From contig CAWFKI010000005.1 of assembly GCA_963816345.1 (NCBI GenBank), positions 1,695,572 to 1,759,571 on the forward strand: DNA of 64,000 nucleotides, read 5' to 3'. Every line of letters begins with the position of its first letter. The stretch's first letter is position 1. Below the pieces are notes generated by a model. That model had not been told where the DNA came from and made no database searches. It saw nothing but the letters and a program-made list of their open reading frames with translations. The position numbers were made by a program, and so were the translations under genes. Of the stretch, positions 57,768-64,000 are shown piece by piece. Source of the DNA: an uncultured Bacteroidales bacterium. GTDB lineage: Bacteria > Bacteroidota > Bacteroidia > Bacteroidales > VadinHA17.

Positions 57768-59450
57768 AACATAATCATCTTATTATCAATAATTGCCATG
57801 ATCTATCTCGGTTCGTGCTCAGGTACTGAAAAAGCAGACCTCGTTATAATTAACGGGAAGGTTCTCACAATAAATAAGGATGAACCTGCAGCTGAAGCAA
57901 TTGCCATCAGGGGAGAAAAAATAATTGCAGTTGGTTCAACGGCAAAAATATCTGCCATGATACAGAACGGAACCACGAAAGTGATTGATGCAGGAGGAAG
58001 GCTTGTCATCCCGGGATTTAATGATGCCCATGTACATTTTGGTCCGCTCGATCCTGACTATATTGAGCTCCGGTACACAACAGACCCTTCTGTCATTACT
58101 GAAAAAGTGAAAGCACAGGTGGCAAGGTGCCGGCCGGGCGAACTGATCAAAGGGGGTCATTGGGAGCATGAAATGTTCATAGATAAGAAGTGGCCGACAA
58201 AAGAGCTCCTTGATAAAGTCGCTCCCGATAATCCTGTTATTCTCAGCAGGGCAGATGGCCATTCTGTCCTGGTAAATACATTTGTACTAAAGGCATCCGG
58301 CATTACAAAAGAGACTCCCGATCCCTTTGGCGGCGAGATCCAGAAAGATCCTGTGACAGGTGAGCCTACAGGTATTCTGAAGGAGAATGCTGAAGGCATG
58401 ATTAAAACAGGAGAGTCAAAACCCCTGAGAACTTCCGCAGAAGAGGCTGCCCGTCTGTGGCAGGGTTATCTGATGGCAATGAAGGAGGCGCGGGAACTGG
58501 GAGTCACAAGTATACAGGTTCCGGGAAGCGCTGATTTTGAATCATATGAAAAGCTTCAGAAAGAGGGATTGCTGACAAGCCGGATCGATATAGGGAGCAC
58601 TCTGACCGCCGATACCGGGCAGCTCAAAAAATACCTTGAACTTGAAAAGAAATATCCGAAAAACGGCAACTGGATCCGATTCGGATACCTGAAAGCATTT
58701 ATTGACGGCACCATCGGATCAGGAACTGCTTTAATGTTCGGACCCTTCACCGACAATCCGGAAACATCCGGACTGTCAATGATGCCCTACGCGGAATTTG
58801 AAAATATGGTCGTCACTGCCGATAAATACGGCTTTCAGATAGGGGTCCATTCAATCGGTGATAAGGGCAATAACTGGACACTTAATGCTTTTGAAAAAGC
58901 ACAGCAGCAAAACGGAAAACGGGACAGCAGGCACCGTGATGAACATGCCCAGACTCTGCAGCCTTCCGATATCCCGCGTTTTGCATCCCTGGGAGTAATA
59001 GCTTCCATGCAGCCAACACATTGCATATCAGATAAAAAGTTCTGCGTCAAACGTATAGGGCCCGAAAGAGCTAAAGGTGCATATGCCTGGAAAAGTCTTG
59101 CCGACGCGGGCGCATCGATTGCATTTGGAACTGATTACCAGGTGGAACCTCTTAATCCGATGGAAGGACTTTATGCATCAGTAACGAGAAAAGACCGTCT
59201 GGGAGAAGAAGGTGACGGGTGGTTCCCCGAACAAAAGATCGGAATGGAAGATGCTATCAGGTACTATACTCTGGGTTCCGCATTTGCCCAGTTCATGGAA
59301 GACAGGAAAGGGATGATAAAACCCGGCTACCTGGCTGATATTGTAATAACTGATAAAGACCTGCTCACCATTCCCGAAGAGGAGATCATGAAAACAAAGG
59401 TCGATTATACAATAACCGGCGGTAAAGTAGTATATTCTTCAGGGAGGTAG
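57759..59450 (+). CDS. amidohydrolase-family metallohydrolase (YtcJ-like), lipoprotein
   Basis: 563 aa with lipobox LGSCSG. Metal-binding GFNDAHVHF, plus HSIGD and FGTDY motifs. Confidence 0.88.
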   Translation: MMKNIIILLSIIAMIYLGSCSGTEKADLVIINGKVLTINKDEPAAEAIAIRGEKIIAVGSTAKISAMIQNGTTKVIDAGGRLVIPGFNDAHVHFGPLDPDYIELRYTTDPSVITEKVKAQVARCRPGELIKGGHWEHEMFIDKKWPTKELLDKVAPDNPVILSRADGHSVLVNTFVLKASGITKETPDPFGGEIQKDPVTGEPTGILKENAEGMIKTGESKPLRTSAEEAARLWQGYLMAMKEARELGVTSIQVPGSADFESYEKLQKEGLLTSRIDIGSTLTADTGQLKKYLELEKKYPKNGNWIRFGYLKAFIDGTIGSGTALMFGPFTDNPETSGLSMMPYAEFENMVVTADKYGFQIGVHSIGDKGNNWTLNAFEKAQQQNGKRDSRHRDEHAQTLQPSDIPRFASLGVIASMQPTHCISDKKFCVKRIGPERAKGAYAWKSLADAGASIAFGTDYQVEPLNPMEGLYASVTRKDRLGEEGDGWFPEQKIGMEDAIRYYTLGSAFAQFMEDRKGMIKPGYLADIVITDKDLLTIPEEEIMKTKVDYTITGGKVVYSSGR

Positions 59451-59640
59451 TTCGCGCCAAGCGCCAATGACTATTTAATGACGGCCGCAGGCCAAATGAC
59501 GCGCGAAGCGCCAATGACTATTTAATGACGGCCGCAGGCCAAATGACGCGCGAAGCGCCAATGACCATTAATGACGGCCGCAGGCCAAATGACGCGCGAA
59601 GCGCCAATGACTATTTAATGACGGCCGCAGTCCAAATGAC
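59451..59640 (+). repeat. 47-bp tandem repeat, about 4 copies, carrying 12 AATGAC motifs
   Basis: The unit gcgccAATGACtatttAATGACggccgcaggccaAATGACgcgcgaa starts at 59461, 59508, 59555 (46 bp) and 59601 (truncated). Confidence 0.95.
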
Positions 59641-59643
59641 CCT

Positions 59644-59889
59644 TCATCCGATGGAAAGCGAGTACAGGATTTTTATAGCCTCTTCCCTGTCCTTACCACA
59701 AAACTCCTGTTCCGGTTTAAAGCCGGTACATACTTCAGGCTTGGATGTCATATTGTAGATTGAGCATCTGTAATTGTCAAGCAGATGAATGCACCTCACT
59801 CCCGCCGGTTTGCCATCCGGCATTCCGGGGAGTGGCGAGGAGATAGAGAGGGCTATGCAACAGGCACCGCAACCGGGACGACATTCCAT
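59644..59889 (-). CDS. YkgJ-family (UPF0153) cysteine-cluster protein
   Basis: ORF 59644..59985. I start at MECRPGCGACCIALSISSP. The upstream 32 codons of the ORF are a translation of a short tandem array. Confidence 0.78.
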   Translation of the reverse strand: MECRPGCGACCIALSISSPLPGMPDGKPAGVRCIHLLDNYRCSIYNMTSKPEVCTGFKPEQEFCGKDREEAIKILYSLSIG

Positions 59890-59891
59890 AT

Positions 59892-59925
59892 TATGAGATT
59901 TATGAGATGTGAGATGTGAGTGTGA
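59892..59925 (+). repeat. short tandem array TGAGAT/GTGAGAT-type x4
   Basis: tatgagat ttatgagat gtgagat gtgagt gtga, immediately upstream of the ykgJ-like start. Confidence 0.8.
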
Positions 59926-60052
59926 AAAATATGATGCAAAACTACAAAAATAATATGACACTAAACCCTGGCTCAGATACAACATTCATAACAGGAAGTA
60001 TCTCTTATTGCTCCTGTGCTATATTGTTACTACATTTACGAAAACGCCAGAC

Positions 60053-60736
60053 ATGAGGATTGATATAATCACAGTTCTGCCCGAATTGCTTGAAAGCCCT
60101 TTAAACTATTCTATTGTAAAAAGGGCCAGGGAAAAGAAAATAGTCGAGATAAACGTGATAAATCTGCGTGATTTTACCACCGATAAATATAAAACTGTGG
60201 ATGATTATGCTTTCGGAGGTGGTGCAGGAATGGTTATGATGATCGAACCTGTGTACAAGGCTATCGAAAAGCTTAAAAGCGAAAGAGAATATGATGAGAT
60301 CATTTATACTTCACCTGATGGCATAAGGTTCGACCAGAAAACGGCCAACAGGCTTTCAATGAAGAATAATCTGCTGATCCTTGCCGGTCATTATAAGGGA
60401 GTGGACCAGAGGATACGCGACAATCTGGTAACCATGGAAATATCGATCGGAGATTATGTTCTCTCCGGAGGTGAAATACCGGCTGCTGTGATTACCGATG
60501 CTATTGTAAGACTTCTTCCCGGAGCTATGTCAGATGAACAATCCGCGCTGTCGGACTCATTCCAGGATGATCTCCTTGCTCCTCCCGTATACACCCGACC
60601 GTCAGATTTCAGGGGATGGAAGGTGCCGGATATCCTCTTATCGGGCAATACTGGTGAAATAGAAAAATGGAGACATGAACAATCAATTGAGAGAACAAGT
60701 AAACTCAGACCAGACCTGTTAAGTGATGAAAATTAA
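60053..60736 (+). CDS. trmD: tRNA (guanine37-N1)-methyltransferase
   Basis: ORF 60008..60736. I start at [13 protein letters not shown]. Motifs: [13 protein letters not shown] and GHYKGVDQR. Confidence 0.95.
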   Translation: MRIDIITVLPELLESPLNYSIVKRAREKKIVEINVINLRDFTTDKYKTVDDYAFGGGAGMVMMIEPVYKAIEKLKSEREYDEIIYTSPDGIRFDQKTANRLSMKNNLLILAGHYKGVDQRIRDNLVTMEISIGDYVLSGGEIPAAVITDAIVRLLPGAMSDEQSALSDSFQDDLLAPPVYTRPSDFRGWKVPDILLSGNTGEIEKWRHEQSIERTSKLRPDLLSDEN

Positions 60737-63700
60737 GGCTTCATTATTAAGATTGACAACAGCTTTTTCAGTTGCCATAATATTTATTTCATGTGCACGT
60801 ACTGTTCCCCATGATATCGTAAGAGAAGGGTTTCTGAATCCTCCCGACTCGGCAAGACCCGGCGTATACTGGTATTTCATGGATGGGAATCTCGACCGGG
60901 AGGCAATGACGAAAGATCTTGAGTCTATGAAGAAGGCAGGAATCGGTTGGGTTCTGTTCCTTGAAGTCAATGTTGGTATTCCCCGGGGAAAGGTCGATTT
61001 TCTGACTGATGAATGGCAGGATCTTTTCGCCCATGCCGTAAGGGAATCGGAACGGCTTGGGATCAGGTTAATACTGGGATCCGGTCCGGGATGGGCCGGA
61101 AGTGGCGGACCATGGGTCACTCCTGCCCGATCGATGGTTCACCTTGTGGCCGCAGATACTACAGTAACCGGTCCGGCTTCATTCGATGCAGTACTTCCTG
61201 TACCACAGCCAAAAAGACCGTTTTTCGGAGAGGAAAGCCTTACCCCGGCGCTCAGGCAACTGCGCAACAACTGGTATGAAGATGTAGTTGTGCTTGCCTT
61301 TCCTTCACCAGCAGCACCGGAAAAGATAAATGATACTGATGAGAAGGCGCTTTATTACCGTGCTCCCTACACCTCCCAGCCCGGAGTGGTGCCATATATA
61401 TCAACAGCTTACTCCTCATCCCGGGCAAAAGGCACACCAATTGATCAGAAGAGAATAATTGACCTGACAGGAAGAACCGGAGCCGACGGCAGGCTAAACT
61501 GGAATATACCTGAAGGCAAATGGACAATTATGAGGTTCGGCAAGCGTAATAACGGGGCGGTTACCCGGCCGGCTCCGGCTCCCGGTCTGGGGTTTGAGTG
61601 TGATAAGTTCGACACTGCCTCCTTTGATTCCCATTACAACGCATACGTCGGAAAGCTTATAAAAAAGGTCAACCCTGCAAAAACCAGGAGAGCCGGCGGC
61701 TGGACAATGATTCATATTGACAGCTGGGAGATGGGAGCCCAGAACTGGAGCCCCGGTTTCAGGGAACAATTCATAAAGCGCCGCGGCTATGATCCACTGC
61801 CTTTTCTGCCGGTTTATACCGGGCTGGCTGTTAACAGTGCCGCTAATCAGTGAAAGGTTCCTTTGGGATGTGCGTCAGACTTCAAACGAACTTATTGCCG
61901 AAAACCATGCCGGACAGTTTAAAAAGCTCGGCAGAAGAAACGGATTCCGCCTTTCAATCGAACCTTATGATATGAATCCCGCTGCAGATCTCGATCTTGG
62001 AGCAGTAGCTGATGTCCCGATGTGCGAATTCTGGAGTGACGGATTTGGTTTTAATTCATCATTCAGCTGCATTGAGGCAACCTCAATTGCTCATGTGTCA
62101 GGGCTCCCTGTTGTGGCTGCAGAGGCATTCACCGCTGATTCTCCCGAGGCCTGGAAAAAATATCCGGGTAATATGAAAAACCAGGGTGACTGGGCCTTCT
62201 GCATGGGGATCAACAGGCTGATTTATCACACCTTTGTCCATAAAGCCCTTCCGGATAAATACCGGCCGGGAATGACAATGGGACCTTACGGGGTGCACTG
62301 GGACAGGGGTCAGACGTGGTGGTCAATGGCTGCCGCATATCACAAATATATTTCAAGATGCCAGTTTGTCCTTTCGCAGGGAAAAGCGGTTGCAGATATT
62401 CTTTATCTTACTCCCGAGGGTGCACCCCAGGTATTTCTGCCGCCAGAATCGGCACTCTCAGGTACTCCGGTAATGCCGGACAAGGGAGGTTACTCATTCG
62501 ATGGCTGTTCTCCCTCCTTTTTAATTAAAAACGCAGCTGTAAAGGATCACCGGATCGTCTTTTCCGGCGGCGCTTCCTACGATGTAATTGTACTGCCTCT
62601 GATCCAGACAATGACACCTGAACTTATCACCACGATCGGAGAACTGATAAGCGCCGGAGCAACTGTTATAGGGAATCCTCCCGTGAGGTCTCCTTCCCTT
62701 GCAAACTTCCCAGAATGTGATTCAATTGTCAAATCATTGGCTGACAATATCTGGGGTTCAGGAACCATTCCGGAAAACCTCACTGTCAGACAATACGGAA
62801 CGGGGAAAATTTTATGGGGAGAGAATTTGTCTGTCAGAAAGCCAGGGGTTCTGCAAAAACAGGATTCACCCGGGCTTTATCCCGACTATCAGGTTGCTGT
62901 TGACATTTTGAGAGACAAGGGTTTAAATCCCGATTTCAGCTCTTCAGGAAATATTCGTTATACTCACCGGAGTTTTCCGGACAGGGATATATATTTTATA
63001 TCAAACAAATCAGGGGAGCCGGTAAAGGACACCTGCCTGTTCCGCGAAGGAACACTGAATGCTGAATTGTGGAACCCTGTGAGCGGTGAAACAAGCAGGG
63101 TAGAATGTTATACGAATGCTGACGGCAGAGTGGCATTAACTGTCATGCTGGATGCTTATCAGAGCTATTTTGTTGTATTTTCCCATAATCAAAAGAGAGA
63201 TAATTTAAAAAATCCTGAAACGGAAAGATTTGCTGAAAAACAAACTCTTTTCACACTGCAGGGATCCTGGAACGTTTCGTTCGATACTTCATGGGGAGGT
63301 CCGGCCCATATTGTTTTCAGTGACCTTACAGACTGGTCGGCCCGGGCCGAAGAGGGAATAAAATACTATTCCGGCAGTGCCACCTATACAAAAACATTTG
63401 ATATTCCGGATGGCACGAAGATAAAAGGAGATGCTGCCTGCTTTCTTGATCTCGGTATTGTCAGGAACCTTGCAGAGGTCAGCCTGAACGGGCATGATCT
63501 GGGCATTTTATGGACGGCTCCCTGGCAGGTGAGAGTAACAGGTATCATTAAGGAGAAAGACAACCGGCTCGAAGTTAAAGTATCCAATTTATGGATCAAC
63601 AGGCTGATAGGTGATGAATCACTGCCATGGGATGGAGTAAAGGACGGAAAGTGGCCCGATTGGCTGCTGAATGGAACAAAACGCAACAGCGGGCGATATA

Positions 63701-63786
63701 CCTTCACAACACACCGTTTTTATAAGAAGGATGATCCCCTTTCAGAATCAGGTCTTATAGGTCCCGTAACTCTGACAACTGAATGA
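60723..63786 (+). pseudogene. large secreted glycosyl-hydrolase-like lipoprotein (about 1020 aa), one frameshift
   Basis: ORFs 60723-61853 and 61789-63786 are colinear parts of one protein. It has lipobox FISCA, N-terminal FLNPPDSARPGVYWYFMDGN...MKKAGIG, and a C-terminal galactose-binding-like LNGHDLGILWTAPWQVRV. The frame changes near 61845. I cannot assign the family by eye. Confidence 0.7.
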
Positions 63787-63800
63787 CAATTGAATGGTTA

Positions 63801-63936
63801 TTGGCGCTTCGCGCGTCATTCGCTTCGCTGTCATTGGTGGTCATTAGCGCTGCGCGCGTCATTAATGGTCATTTGTGGTCATTTGTGGTCATTTTTGGTC
63901 ATTTGCGCTGTGCGCGTCATTCGCTTCGCTGTCATT
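63801..63936 (+). repeat. GTCATT array (10 motifs), inverted relative to 59451..59640
   Basis: ttggcgcttcgcgcgtcatt (63801-63820) is the exact reverse complement of 59495-59514. A 25-bp direct repeat gcgcgtcattcgcttcgctgtcatt occurs at 63811 and 63912. GGTCATTTGT-type 10-mers x4 lie at 63867-63905. Confidence 0.92.
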
Positions 63937-64000
63937 AGTACTTATGAATTTTGATTTTGAAATAATAAAAAGCTTTTGTAAGATTGTAATCATAATTATC

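Noticed and set aside
59451-59640. Possible CRISPR array (regular direct repeats)
   Set aside because: The units are contiguous 47-bp repeats with no unique spacers. No cas genes or leader are present in the window. The same holds for the 7-8-bp arrays and for 63801-63936.

Overview
A 64-kb chromosomal segment, mostly housekeeping, with Bacteroidota-type hallmarks. These include TAnnTTTG -7 boxes 5-58 nt upstream of several starts, many lipoprotein signal peptides, DUF3857/transglutaminase-like lipoproteins and a GH3-beta-lactamase fusion. Conserved gene orders include recF-DUF721, TPR-ribH, thrS-infC-rpmI-rplT and dapB-lepB. There are about 50 protein genes. They include ndk, recF, ribH, mnmA, lysC, thrS, infC, rpmI, rplT, lepB, dapB and trmD. 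Also present are an AddA/AddB-like helicase-nuclease pair, the CANSDH-nspC polyamine pair, an AmgK/MurU-type MurNAc salvage pair and K+ transport genes. Two tandem tRNA-Leu genes are present. I saw no transposase, integrase, cas gene, CRISPR array or recognisable defence operon. Five things are not explained by the gene list. (1) A dispersed family of 7-8-bp-period tandem arrays, plus a 47-bp AATGAC array and an inverted GTCATT partner, fills at least ten intergenic sites, all between 25 and 64 kb. (2) A two-gene module of transglutaminase-like lipoproteins is duplicated. The first gene lacks the Cys/His catalytic residues and the second keeps them, and one copy of the second gene is decayed. 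(3) Seven reading frames are disrupted. Three carry 3-5 lesions each (likely true pseudogenes) and four, including lepB, carry a single frameshift (possibly sequence error). (4) A 61-bp leader is duplicated 45 kb apart. (5) A pentapeptide-repeat/K+-channel fusion abuts the AddB-like gene. All family calls come from motifs read by eye. No database search, folding or statistics were run.
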